DNA of 64,000 bases, taken from contig NC_043023.1 of assembly GCF_006345805.1 (NCBI RefSeq), positions 5,394,001-5,458,000 of the forward strand. Reading direction: 5' to 3'. Positions 51,711 through 63,702 of this stretch are shown piece after piece. How positions within the stretch are numbered: position 1 is the stretch's first letter; each line of letters opens with the position of its first letter. The DNA comes from Octopus sinensis (taxonomy: Eukaryota). The position numbers were made by a program, and so were the translations under genes. The notes beneath the pieces are model-generated. The model saw only the letters and a list, made by a program, of their open reading frames with translations, made no database searches and was not told where the DNA came from.

Positions 51711-53327
51711 ATGGTGAATGTAATACCTTGTGTTGAAGCACATCAAGGAAACGAGAATGAAGTGGTGATTAGTGTTCAGGGTAGAGTGGGTATTAGGCTT
51801 CATGGTACAGTGATCAGCGAGGAGGTAAGCATAGGGGACAGGCAGAGCGTGGACAACAACAATGGAGTCAACTATGCTGGAGGGTCTGATATTTGGAACC
51901 GAGGTGTAATGGACAGCGTAGAGTTAGGTTCCAGGGTGCAAAATGTTGTAAATGATGAAGAGGAAATGATAGAAAGTGTGAGGATGGATGCTGGGGTGGA
52001 AAATCTCACTGAAGAAAGGGGTAACCAGGTAGATACTGAGGGCGTGATGAGGGACAGTGATCGGGTGGATGCTGAGGATGAGACGAAGGAGAGAGATCGG
52101 GTGGATGCTGAGGGTGTGACAAAGGAGAGAGATCAGGTGGATGCTGAGGGTGTGACAAAGGAGAGAGATCGGGTGGATGCTGAGGGTGTGACAAAAGAGA
52201 GAGATCGGGTAAATGCTGAGGGTGTGACAAAGGAGAGAGATCGGGTGGATGCTGAGGGTGTGACAAAGGAGAGAGATCGAGTGGATGCTGAGGGTGTGAC
52301 GAAGGAGAGAGATCGGGTGGATGCTGTGGGTGTGACGAAGGAGAGAGATCGGGTGGATGCTGAGGGTGTGACAAAGGAGAGAGATCGGGTGGATGCTGAG
52401 GGTGTGACGAAGGAGAGAGATCGGGTGGATGCTGTGGGCGTGACGAAGGAGAGAGATCGGGTGGATGCTGAGGGTGTGACAAAGGAGAGAGATCGGGTGG
52501 ATGCTGAGGGTGTGACAAAGGAGAGAGATCGGGTGGATGCTGAGGGTGTGACGAAGGAGAGAGATCGGGTGGATGCTGTGGGTGTGACGAAGGAGAGAGA
52601 TCGGGTGGATGCTGTGGGTGTGACGAAGGAGAGAGATCGGGTGGATGCTGAGGGTGTGACGAAGGAGAGAGATCGGGTGGATAGTGAAGTGGTAAGCAAA
52701 GGGAGAGGCCCTGGGGACACAAATGGTGTGAGTGCCAAAGTATTAGCTGAACAAAACAGCATAATGGAACAAAAAGCCTCAAACTATGGCAACAACAATT
52801 GTGGCAGCCATAATCATCTCCAACACTATCAGAGTATGGATGAGACGGGGTTATCAAACTACAGAAGACATTTATCTAGTGTGACCCCACACACTCCAAC
52901 TCGTCTCACACTCTTCTACAAGCCATCAATGCTTTCAACCTCGGTGATTAAATACTTTCCGAAGGACGTGATAGTCCGTGCGAAAGGCGAACATGTGTCT
53001 TTTGGACGGAGACTCGATTCTGACGTCCAGCTCAATGACGATTGTATGTCGAGGAACTATGCTGTTCTGTGGTTGCCCGTCAACAACTGTGGCACGTTTA
53101 AACTGCGCAATATCAGCTCATCCAAGGAAGTGGTTGTCAATGATGTCATTCTCTACCCTAATTGCAAAAGTGAGATTATCTTCACCAGCGATAGTAAAAT
53201 AATGCTTGATAACATTGAACTAACAGCAATGGTGAGAGAAGGAAGCCCTTCGTCAACACATTATGAAGTGAAGGTTGAACCTAAAATCTCTCGGAGTACT
53301 TCGTTGCAGCAAGAACCAACTTGGTGA
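51711..53327 (+). CDS. TIFA: TIFA/TIFAB-like FHA-domain protein with N-terminal 12-aa tandem repeats (main coding exon; may splice to 59791)
   Basis: 538-aa ORF. The ATG has A at -3 and G at +4, with an in-frame TGA at 51705-51707. The C-terminal ~145 aa contain FHA core motifs F-G432-R433, S447-R448 and R-N467-I-S. Compared by eye with my recollection of human TIFA: VVKFGR/HVSFGR, VSRVQ/MSRNY (no canonical FHA His in either), FEIKNMS/FKLRNIS, VYHP/FYKP, SLLQENNW/SLQQEPTW. Confidence 0.7.
   Translation: MVNVIPCVEAHQGNENEVVISVQGRVGIRLHGTVISEEVSIGDRQSVDNNNGVNYAGGSDIWNRGVMDSVELGSRVQNVVNDEEEMIESVRMDAGVENLTEERGNQVDTEGVMRDSDRVDAEDETKERDRVDAEGVTKERDQVDAEGVTKERDRVDAEGVTKERDRVNAEGVTKERDRVDAEGVTKERDRVDAEGVTKERDRVDAVGVTKERDRVDAEGVTKERDRVDAEGVTKERDRVDAVGVTKERDRVDAEGVTKERDRVDAEGVTKERDRVDAEGVTKERDRVDAVGVTKERDRVDAVGVTKERDRVDAEGVTKERDRVDSEVVSKGRGPGDTNGVSAKVLAEQNSIMEQKASNYGNNNCGSHNHLQHYQSMDETGLSNYRRHLSSVTPHTPTRLTLFYKPSMLSTSVIKYFPKDVIVRAKGEHVSFGRRLDSDVQLNDDCMSRNYAVLWLPVNNCGTFKLRNISSSKEVVVNDVILYPNCKSEIIFTSDSKIMLDNIELTAMVREGSPSSTHYEVKVEPKISRSTSLQQEPTW
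52017..52700 (+). repeat. Coding minisatellite, 36-bp unit (ERDRVDAEGVTK), 16 near-perfect plus ~3 degenerate units
   Basis: Unit gagagagatcgggtggatgctgagggtgtgac(a/g)aag repeated in register from 52089 to 52664. Degenerate units at 52017, 52053 and 52665. Confidence 0.97.
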
Positions 53328-53346
53328 GTTGTTTTAATGGTTTTAA

Positions 53347-53711
53347 CCCTTTCGTGATCAACCCGGCTGAAACCGGTCTGGCTCTGAGTTCAAATGTCTT
53401 GTTTCCATAAGTTTTGATTTAAAACCTTCCACCAAATCTTAGTCACAATTTATGTTCCTAACACTAGATTAATGATAACCAAATTATTTTAGATTCAAAA
53501 TTAATTGAAAGAAACACAGAGCATCTCAAAATAAATACAGTAACGCATAGGCGCAGGAGTGGCTGCGTGGTAAGTAGCTTGCTAACCAACTACATGGTTC
53601 CGGGTTCAGTCCCACTGCGTGACATCTTGGGCAAGTGTCTTCTGCTATAGCCCCGGGCCGACCAATGCCTTGTGAGTGGATTTGGTAGACGGAAACTGAA
53701 AGAAGCCTGTC

Positions 53712-53759
<48 letters not shown>

Positions 53760-53996
53760 GTGTGTTTATGTATGTGTGTCTGTGTTTGTCCCCCTAGCAT
53801 TGCTTGACAGCTGATGCTGGTGTGTTTACATCCCCGTCACTTAGCGGTTCTGCAAAAGAGACCGATAGAATAAGTACTGGGCTTACAAAGAATAAGTCCT
53901 GGGGTCGATTTGCTCGACTAAAGGCGGTGCTCCAGCATGGCCGCAGTCAAATGACTGAAACAAATAAAAGAGTAAAGAGAAAGAGTAACGAAAAGG
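53347..53996. mobile_element. piggyBac-like MITE with a nested family A SINE (53546-53983)
   Basis: TTAA-CCCTTTCG at the left end and CGAAAAGG-TTAG at the right end. The SINE is flanked by a 7-bp TSD agtaacg (53539-53545 / 53984-53990). Confidence 0.6.
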
Positions 53997-54971
53997 TTAG
54001 TGAGTTTTAAATGCTTTGAAAATGAAAAAAAGAATTCAAAACTATTTTTTAAAAAACTGTAAATTGAAAAGAGGAACTGATAGGGTCAGGAGTGGCTGTG
54101 TGGTAAGAAGCTTGCTTCTCAACCACATGGTTCCAGGTTCAGTCCCACTGTGTGGCACCTTGAGCAAGTGTTTTCTGCTATAGCCACAGGCTAGCCAAAG
54201 CCTTGTGAGTGGGTTTGGTTGATGAAAACTGAAAGAAGCCCATATACACACACACACATATACATATGATGGACTCTTCTGTCGTTAGGTAACGTATGAA
54301 GGTTTGACAATTTCTTACCAAACAACCACACAGACGATTTGTTTATAGTGATCAAATGTTTGTGTAGACATAAGCTCCTTCAAACTGACATTACCTGTAC
54401 AGGTGCAACTGGGTGACACATGTCAGATGTCCAAATGATCGCAGAGTAACGTGAAATGAAATGCTTTGTTCAAGAACACAACGCAACGCCCGGTCTGGGT
54501 ATCGAACCCACAATCTCACAATCATGAGTGCAGTGCCCTAACCACTAAGCCATGCACCTTCACAAAATAATTGGCACTCTGTTGCTTACAAAGATTGAGG
54601 GTTTTAGTTGATCTGATCAACAAAACAGCTTGCTCTTAAGGTTAACGTGCAAGTGGCTGAGTACTCCACAGACACACATACCCCTTCACATATTTCTTGG
54701 GGAGAAATACAGGTACTACTCATTTTTGCCAGCTGAGTGGACTGGTGCACTGAGAAATAAAGAGTCTTGTTCAAGGACTCAATGCGCCACTGGTACTTGA
54801 ACCCTAACCACTAAGCCTTCATTATACACATACATACAGTCACGACTATTGAAAAGGTTGGAAGACGCAACAAGAATTTCTTTCCCCAGACACAACCAAA
54901 TATGCTTCAACACATCAACTCACATAAAGAATCTTGCAAACCAAATCCAAAAATGAAATATATATATATAT

Positions 54972-55565
54972 ATCATCATCATCATCGTTTAACGTTCGTT
55001 TTCCATGCGAGCATGGGTTGGACGGTGCAACTGGGATCTGGGAAGCCAGGAGGCTGCACCAGGCTCCAGTCTGATCTGGCAGTGTTTCTACAGCTGGATG
55101 CCCTCCCTAGTGCCAACCACTCCGTGAGTGTAGTGGGTACTTTTTACATGCCACCGGCACAGGGGCCAGAGGAGGCTGGCAAACGGCCACAGTTGGTTGG
55201 TTCTTTTTACATGTCACCGACATGGACTCCAGTCAGGTGGCACTGGCATCAGCCACATTTGGATGGTGTTTTTACGTGCCACCGGCACAGATATCTTAAC
55301 TACAATTTCCATTTGATTATTATTTTGATGTTGGTGTTGATGTACTTGACTGAATAGGTCTCCCCAAGCACAGCAGGTCACCCTACGAACCAAGGTTAGC
55401 ACAGCAGGCCGTCCTGTGAGCCATGAACTCACTTCATTTGTTGGGTCTTCGAAGTCACAGCATATCTCCAGAGGTCTCAGTCTTTTGTCATTGCCTCTGT
55501 GAGACCCAACATATGAAGGTCATGCTTGACCACCTCATCCCATATCTTCCTGGGTCAACCTCTAC
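54972..55565 (-). mobile_element. RTE-clade LINE 3' part
   Basis: Collinear with 44950-45450: catcatcat-cgtttaacg-tttccatg...ggatgccc...gaaggtcatgcttgaccacc. Confidence 0.85.
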
Positions 55566-57631
55566 CCCGGATTCCCATGAAAAATATATATATATACTGC
55601 CTATATGTTGGTTTCCAATTTTAGCACAAGGCCAACAAGTTTGGGGGAGGAGGTAAGTCGATGACATCAACCCCAGTGCGTAACTGGTACTTATTTTATT
55701 GACCCCAATTGGATGAAAGGCAAAGTCAATCTCAGCATAAATTGAACTCAGAACACAAAGACAGATGAAGTACCACTAAGCATTTTGCCCGGTGTGCTAA
55801 CGATTCTGCCCGGTCACCACCTTAATAATATTGATATTCCTTTGTACTAAAGGCATGAGGCCTGAAGTTTGTGAGGAGGGGACTAGGACTAGTCAGCTAC
55901 ATTGACCTCCCCCCAAAAGGATGAAAGGCAAAGTTGACCTCAGCACAACCACATGGTTCCAGGTTCAGTCCCAAAGCGTGGCACCTTGGGCAAGTGTCTT
56001 CTACCATAGCCTCGGGCTGACCAAAGCCTTGTGAGTGAATTTGGTTGATGGAAACTGAAAGAAGCCCATCATATATATGTACATATATATATATGTGTGT
56101 GTGTGTTTGTGTTTGTGTGTCTGTGTTTGTCCCCCTAGCATTGCTTGACAACCGATGCTGGTGTGTTTATATCCCTGTTACTTAGCGGTTTGGCAAAAGA
56201 GACCGATAGAATAAGTGCTGGGCTTACAAAAGAATAAGTCCCGGGGTCGAGTTGCTCGATTAAAGGCGGTGCTCCAGCATGGCCGCAGTCAAATGACTGA
56301 AACAAGTAAAAGAGAGAGAGTATAGAAGAAATGCCACTTGGCATTTCACCCGGCACGCTAACAATTCTGCCAGCTCACCACCTTAATAATAATAATAATA
56401 ATAATAATAAAATAATAATAATAATAATCTTTTGTGCTATAGGCACAAGGCCTGAAATTCGGGGGAGGGGGATAGTCAATTACATTGACCCCCACCCCCT
56501 AATATTCAAATGGTACTTATTTTATCGTGGTGGCACATGGCCTAGTGGTTAGAGCAGTGGACACATGGTCGAGGGATCGTGGGTTCAAATCTCAGAAACA
56601 CCTAAGCTCCATGCGGCTCCGGCAGAAGGTAATGGCAAACTTCTGCTGATTCTTTCGCCACAACTTTCTCTCACTCTTTCCTCCTGCATCTTGCAGCTCA
56701 CCTGTGATGGACCGGTGTCCCGTCCAGGTGGGGAACCTATATGCCAAGGAAACCTGGAAAACTGGCCCTTATGAGCCAGGCATGACTCGAGAAGGAACAA
56801 ACAAACTTATTTTATCGGCCCTGGAAAGATGAAAGGCAAAGTCGACCTCAGCAGAATTTGAACTCAGAACGTAGAGACAGATGAAATACCACTAAGCACT
56901 TTTCCCAGTGTGCTAACGATTCTTATTTCTTTACTACCCACAAGGGGCTAAACATAGAGGGAACAAACAAGGACAGGCAAAGGGATTAAGTCGATTAGAT
57001 CGAACCCAGTGCATAACTGGTACTTAATTTATTGACCCCAAAAGGATGAAAAGCAAAGTCGACCTCGGCGGAATTTGAACTCAGAATGTTAACGGCAGAC
57101 AAAATACCACAAAGCATTTCACCCAGCGTGCTAACGTCTCTGCCAGCTCGCCGCCTTTGCAGTTCATACATATTCCATTGTGCAAAACTACTTTGCAAAC
57201 AAACAACACGGAACTTGTCAAAGCTGGTGAATTTAACCCGGACTTGGATACACATCCAGAAGTATGAGGCCTGTCGTAAATTCTGCAATGCACCAATCAC
57301 CGCCTGAAATTTTGTAAAACAATTTTCTAAAAGTACTTTAGTGATCTATCTCTTACCAATGAATTAAACGTGCTTGATATATACGCTTCCTTCTCAACAG
57401 GAACCGAGATAAGCAGTGATTATGAATATAAAGTGTTTCACTTGGTGGACAATTGGTGTAACACTTGTCGTAGATTAAAGGTTGTTGACATTAAGATAAG
57501 CGGTCCTTGTATTCATTGGCTGGAAATATGCTGGAGTACTACATGACTCGTAACCATCATTATTGGTGCCAGTTGACAGCTTTATCTCATATCCAAGAAT
57601 GTAATTTCTCTGGTTTTTTTTGTTTCAGTCA

Positions 57632-57855
57632 TTTTTTTACTTGTTTCAGTCATTTGATTGCGGCCATGCTGGAGCACCGCCTTTAGTCAAGCAAATCGAC
57701 CCCAGGACTAATTCTTTGTAAGCCTGGTACTTATTCTATCGGTCTCTTTTGCCGAACTGCTAAGTTACGGGGACGTAAACACACCAGCATCGGTTGTCAA
57801 GCGATGCTGGGGGGGACAAACACAGATACACACACACACATACATACATACATAC

Positions 57856-57916
<61 letters not shown>

Positions 57917-58498
57917 TATATTCTGGATCTTCCTTCACCTATGTTTCCGACGAAGAGCTCCGCTCTAAACGTTAAACCCACCTTCTATCCTGAGCATCCA
58001 ATAATACTATATTTGTTCCACGTCATATGTATGTGTATATATATATAATAATAATGAAATAATAATAATGAAATTATTGTATATAGTGCTCAGGTGCACC
58101 ACAACTTGTCAGAAAGTGCGTATAAAGCATATGCAGTAATGTACAAACGTCTGGAAAGCGAACAATGCATGAGTCAGATACATGCTTGCGTCTGTATGGA
58201 GGGGAGAAAATCAGGTGTAGTGTTAGCGAATCTCAGGAAGCATGGAAGTTTTGAAGGATGCAGTGCTCTGACAACTAACAACTGATGTCGGCAGTTTGTT
58301 CCATGCTTCATATATATATATATATACATATACACATATATACGACAGGCTTCTTTCAGTTTCCGTCTGCCAAATCCACTCACAAAGATTTTGTCAGCCC
58401 GAAGCTATAATAGAAGACACTTGCCCAAGTTGACACGCAGTGGGACTGAACCCGGAATCTTGTGGTTCGTAAGCAAGCTACTTACCACACAGCCACTC
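57632..58498 (-). mobile_element. Family A SINE carrying nested F1 repeat and CR1 tail in its microsatellite
   Basis: Body 57632-57830, head 58340-58498. F1 at ~57922-58025 and CR1 tail at ~58045-58310 lie between them. Confidence 0.8.
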
Positions 58499-59790
58499 TG
58501 TTTTTTTTTATGGTTAGGTTCTGACCTGAGTCACAGCAACAAAGTCCGTCTGCCACACCTCTCTCTCCAACACAATTGTTTCGGTGTCCTGGATACATTC
58601 CAGGCCAATGTCTACAATCAAGTTGTCAATGTCTGACAACATTTTCCCCTTCTTACACCACCATGAAGTTGGTTCCATAAAAGTAATTTGGATGCAGGAG
58701 TGGCAGTGTGGTAAGTAGCTTGCTTATGCACCACATGGTTCCGGGTTCAGTCCCACTGTGTGGCATCTTGGGCAAGTGTCTTCTGCTATAGCCTCGGGCC
58801 ACCCAAAGCCTTGTGAATGGATTTGGTAGACGGAAACTGAAAGAAGCCTATCGTATGTATGTATATGTATATATATGTGTGTGTGTCTGTGTTTGACATT
58901 GCTTGACAACCGATGGTCGTGTGTTTACGTCCCCGTAACTTAGCGGTTCGGCAAAAGAGACTGATAGAATAAGTACTAGGCTTACAAATATATATATGTA
59001 TGTATATATATATATATAAAATACAAAATGGGACAAGAACGCAAAACATCCAGATAGATGATACAAAGAAAAAAAGGACGTGTCATTCTCTCCCTGTTTA
59101 TTTCTGTGTTCCTTTCTGTCAAAGAGCACAGGCTCAAAACATAAAAGACTTTCTCACTTCCCAAACGTTAAACTAATACATCTGTTTGTTGTTTACACCA
59201 CCTGTCTTCATCTTTTGTTTTTTTGTAAATTCTCACTATATATATAATGAGAGAGATGAAAGTTGGAATCTATGAGAATAGTTATTGATCACTACAGAAT
59301 CCCACCTGCAAGGGATTGATGCTTGATGGGTTGAAATAATTATTTTAAAAAAATGTTCTTTTTCAAGCCATGCCAGGCTCATAAGGGCCGGTCTCCTGGT
59401 TTCAGTGGCGTAGAAATTCCCCACCTGGACGAAATGCCGGTCCATCGCAGTGTTACTCATTTTTGCCAGCTGAGTGGACTGGAGCAACGTGAAATGAAGT
59501 GTTTTGCTCAAGAACACAACGCGTCGCCCGGTCCAGGAATTGAAACCACAACCTTATGATCATGAGTTCAACACCCTAACCACTAAGCCACGTGCCTCCA
59601 CTGAAACAATTCTAGTGATCAATAAAGATTCTTGTATCTTCCATCTTCTGTCTCTCTCATTAACCAAATATGTATACGTGGCTTTATTTGTGTGTGTGTT
59701 TAGGCAAGAGAGAGAACGTGTGTGTGTGTGTGTGTGTGTGTTTATTTATACATATGTGTATATTTATGTGTATGTATATGCTTCTTGCAG

Positions 59791-59956
59791 GATGGCCAGT
59801 AGTCGGAATGTTGGCGCCACAGCTCACCAGACTGAACACGTTCTCTCCTCACACCGAAGAAACTTGTATGCCCATTCCAGATTTCTCAGTTCCGGACCAG
59901 TCGAACATAGCCTCTCCAATGATGTCTCCAGAAATCTCCTCCCGGAGGAAAACTGA
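59791..59956 (+). CDS. Candidate terminal coding exon of the TIFA-like gene ((W)MASSRNVG...LLPEEN*)
   Basis: Acceptor cttcttgcAG at 59781-59790. Non-repetitive, GC-richer island. The phase-2 junction with donor TG|GTGAGT (53323/53324) restores TGG and reads 54 further codons to TGA at 59954-59956. Confidence 0.4.
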
Positions 59957-62745
59957 ATATTTATGGGGGAAAAAATCTAAAATCCTGTTTATTCTGGAAG
60001 AGACTCTAAGATGCATACAGACATCTTTGATATTCACAAAATAAAGGGACTTCAGTGGGTTATATATATATATATATATTTTTTTTTTTTAAAGAAACCC
60101 TCTCATAGACTTGTCCTCATCTGGGCAAAAAAGGACACGTGTGCATGTGTATATGACTATATCAGTGTGTGAGTATATGAATATGTGTTCATGCACATAT
60201 GTGCGTAAATGCTTAAAGTTTTGTGAATGGATTTGGGAGACAGAAACTGAAAGAAGCCTGTCATATGTGTGTGTGTGTGTGTCTTTGGGTTTTGTCCCAC
60301 CCCCATCACCGCTTGACAACCAGTGTTGGTGTGTTTACAACCCTATAACTTAACACTTTGGAAAAAGAAACTGATGGAATAAGTACTAAACTTAAATTAA
60401 GTTCTGGGGTCAATTTGTTTGGCTAAAACCCTTCAAGGCAGTGCTTCAGCATGGCCACAGTCAAATGACTGAAACAAGTAAAAGAATATAATATATATAT
60501 TTTTTTTTCTAGTTTCAGCTTAGAGCTGCGGCCATGCTGATGCACCGCCGTTATATATGTATTATATATATATATATAATGCAAATAAGAAAATGGAGAA
60601 ACAATTTAGTTGGTTCATCAGCTTTCGGATATTAGAATGTTGACTTATTTATTTATTTAACACACCAGCATCGGTTGTCAAGCAATGTTGGGGGGACAAA
60701 CACAAGCACACACATATATATGAGAACCATAATAACATATATATATGCTTTAAAATTCAATACATATAAGATGAAAGGCAAATTATAAAATATACAATTA
60801 TAAAAACCTTAATATAAATTATTGATATATATATATAATGTTAGAGGATAAAACTTTAAAAAAAAATTTTATCAGGGGCCAGCTTATAAAAGGGAAGACC
60901 GATTAAGGTGAAATTATATGTATAATTATAATAAAGGCTTAGAAAAAATTTTCTAGCCTATATGCTGAGAAATAGATGCTAAATCGTCTCACCAGAAACA
61001 TGTGGCTGGAAAGGAATCCTCTTACCACAGAACCACACCTCTGACTATAATGACAGATGATCAAAAAATTTTTTAAATCTTAATTTGTAATTGTGTAAAT
61101 AACTTCAAATTTGTTATCTTGTTATCTACGGACTTAGCTAAAAGTCATTTGACTGGATTATTTAATTAGTCAAGAGAACAGGAAATAGGTGGGAGGCAGG
61201 AGTTTATAGATGTGAACGAGTGGAATTGAAGGGATTGGTTTTCAGTCAGATGAATTTCATGTGACTATGTCGAGGGGGAGGTGTGTGGCACTTGAATAAC
61301 ACAGACATACATGCAGAAATGTGTGCTTATTTATTTACATACACACATATGATTGTGTGTGTGTATAAATATATATATATATGTATATGTATATATATAT
61401 ATATTAAAATTATAATTTAGGGTATCTAAGAGATACCTCCACGCTGGAAATATGTTACTATCTGAGTATATTCTACTGATGAGGTAAAGCATTTCTTATG
61501 CAAAGCCAGAAATCTGGGATCTGGAATTATCCAGTAATTTTTTGCTAGTTCATCTTGTCTTTTTGTTTTATCTCCTGGTGCTGTATGAACATTTAATGTG
61601 GTTTTAGAGTCAAGTTTTGGCTGCTATTTCCAGCATGGAGGTATCTCTTAGAAACCTTAATTATAATTTTAATAATAATTATTACCTTTGAAGGTTTTTA
61701 TTCCCATGCTGGTCACCTGATAAGATTGGTATTTAAATAACAATCTTATCCTTATTTATATAAATTCATATATATGTTTAATTTTGGAGAAACTGTATTT
61801 CAATTAAATTTTTTTTCTATATGCGTGTGTATGTATATGTACATACACACACACACACATATATATATATTAAAGAAAGCAAAAAATAAAACAAAAATGA
61901 TAGTGTTCAGTAGTTGGTTCAGTATGATGGCCACAGGAATTTCTGTCCAGGAAAGTTGCACCTCATCTCCCTCTTTCTCTCACATACCCACTCCTTCTCT
62001 CTCTCTCTTATTATTACTCCCACTGCCACCATCAACACTATTACTTTTAATAAAACATCATCAACTCTCCCTAAATTTCTTTGTCTCTTTCTCCCTCTGC
62101 CTTCGCCACTGCCCTCACCATCTCTATGCCTACTATTGCTCTCACCCCAGCATGAGGAATAGTAGAAGTGTCATTGAATAGTGAAGGGGTCAAAGTGTGA
62201 CACACTGACAAACAAAAATTAATTTTCGCATTTATTATATTAGATATACATATGAGAATATATAAAACGATATGCAATCTATCTGGGTGCCTTTTCAATA
62301 CTTTGGTTTAAAAAGTCACGTCAGGTACAAGAGGTGATACATATGTGTGTGTGTCTTTGTGTCTGTTTGTCCCCCACCACTATTTGACAACTGGTGATGG
62401 TGAAACACATTCCTGTAACTTAGTGGTTCAGCAAAAGGCGACTGAATAAGTAACAAGCTTTAAAAAAAGGGAAAAAAGTACTGGAGTCAATCCATTTTAC
62501 TAGAAATTTTTCAAGGCTGTGTCCCAGCAAGATGGCCACACTAGTAAAAAAAAATAATTTTTAAATGCAGTAATAAAAATCATTAATTTCCACCCCTGCG
62601 CCTCTCCTACTAGACAAACCACTTGGGTGTAATAAATTCTTCAAATATTTTGTGATATTTTAAAAACAAAAAAAAACCTGTCTACAGACAATGAATAGTG
62701 GCACCCACCCACCCCACACACACAAAAAAAACAAGAGAATCAAAA

Positions 62746-63290
62746 TCATCATCATCATCATTGTTTAACGTCTGCTTTCTATGCTGGCATGGGTTGGACG
62801 ATTTGACTGAGGACTGGCGAACCAGATGGCTGCACCAAGCTCCAGTCTGATCTGGCGGAGTTTCTGCAGCTGGATGCCCTTCCTAATGCCAACCATTCTG
62901 AGAGTGTAGTGGGTGCTTTTACTTGCCACCAGCATGAGGGCCAGTCAGGCGGTACTGGCAGCGACCACGCTCAAATGGTGTTTTTTACGGGCCACCTGCA
63001 CAGTAGTCAGTCCAGCGGCACTGGCAACGACCTCGCTCAAATGTTTTTTCACGTGCCAGTCAGGCGACACTGGTAATGATCACACTCAAATGGTGCTTTT
63101 TATGTGCCACCAGCACGGAAGCCAGTTTGCTGCTCTGGCAACGATCACGCTCAGATGGTGCTCTTAGCGCCCCACTAGCACGGATGCCAGTCATCGAATT
63201 TGATTTCAATTTCGATTTCACTTGCCTCAACAGGTCTTCACAAGCAGAGTTTAGTGTCCAAATGAAGGAAAGGTACACATAAGTGAGTTC
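62746..63290 (-). mobile_element. RTE-clade LINE 3'UTR/tail
   Basis: Same tail and 3'UTR repeat units (atggtgctttttatgtgccacc). Confidence 0.8.
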
Positions 63291-63702
63291 GTTACGCCCC
63301 TAGCATAGAAATATCCATATTTGTATTTGTAATTCATTAATTTCCTGTTGATTTGTTCACTTTCATTAACATGTTAATTGTTATGTTAACCATAACTACA
63401 TCTCTAACCCCTTTGACCGTTGGTTTACAACAATATTTTGGTCATAATTATATTTCTTGATTGCTTTAATTAAAGAAGTCTTGCTGACATTTTATTTTAT
63501 TTGTTTATTATTTTTTGTTTTTATTTTGAAGTAACTTTAGGTGTGACTGCGCAGTTAAGAGGCTTTCGGGTTCAGTCCCACTGCATGGCACCTACTATAT
63601 TCTAGGACTAACCAAAGCTTTGTCATGTGTACATATATATTACACATACACACGCATATCTATATACATACACAGACGTTCAAATACACATACACACACA
63701 TA

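Larger units (their letters stand above)
55945..60487 (+). mobile_element. Further family A SINE copies at 55945-56312, 58694-58990, 60215-60487 (region also contains other features)
   Basis: Head/body motifs. Confidence 0.75.

Noticed and set aside
52006-52857. Long antisense ORFs (283 aa HPQHPPDLSP repeats; 209 aa TRSLSFVTPSAS repeats)
   Set aside because: Shadow frames of the 36-bp repeat, which lacks stops on that strand. No domain outside the array.
59791-60044. Alternative frame of the candidate last exon (GWPVVG...PHTEETCMPIPDF...), containing a TEET motif like TIFA's N-terminus
   Set aside because: Needs a phase-1 donor. The only strong donor seen (53323) is phase 2. Kept only as a note in case an intermediate exon exists.
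60095-60126. Minus-strand cagatgaggacaagtc, resembling a hammerhead 5' core
   Set aside because: U4 is mutated and the GAAA box is absent.
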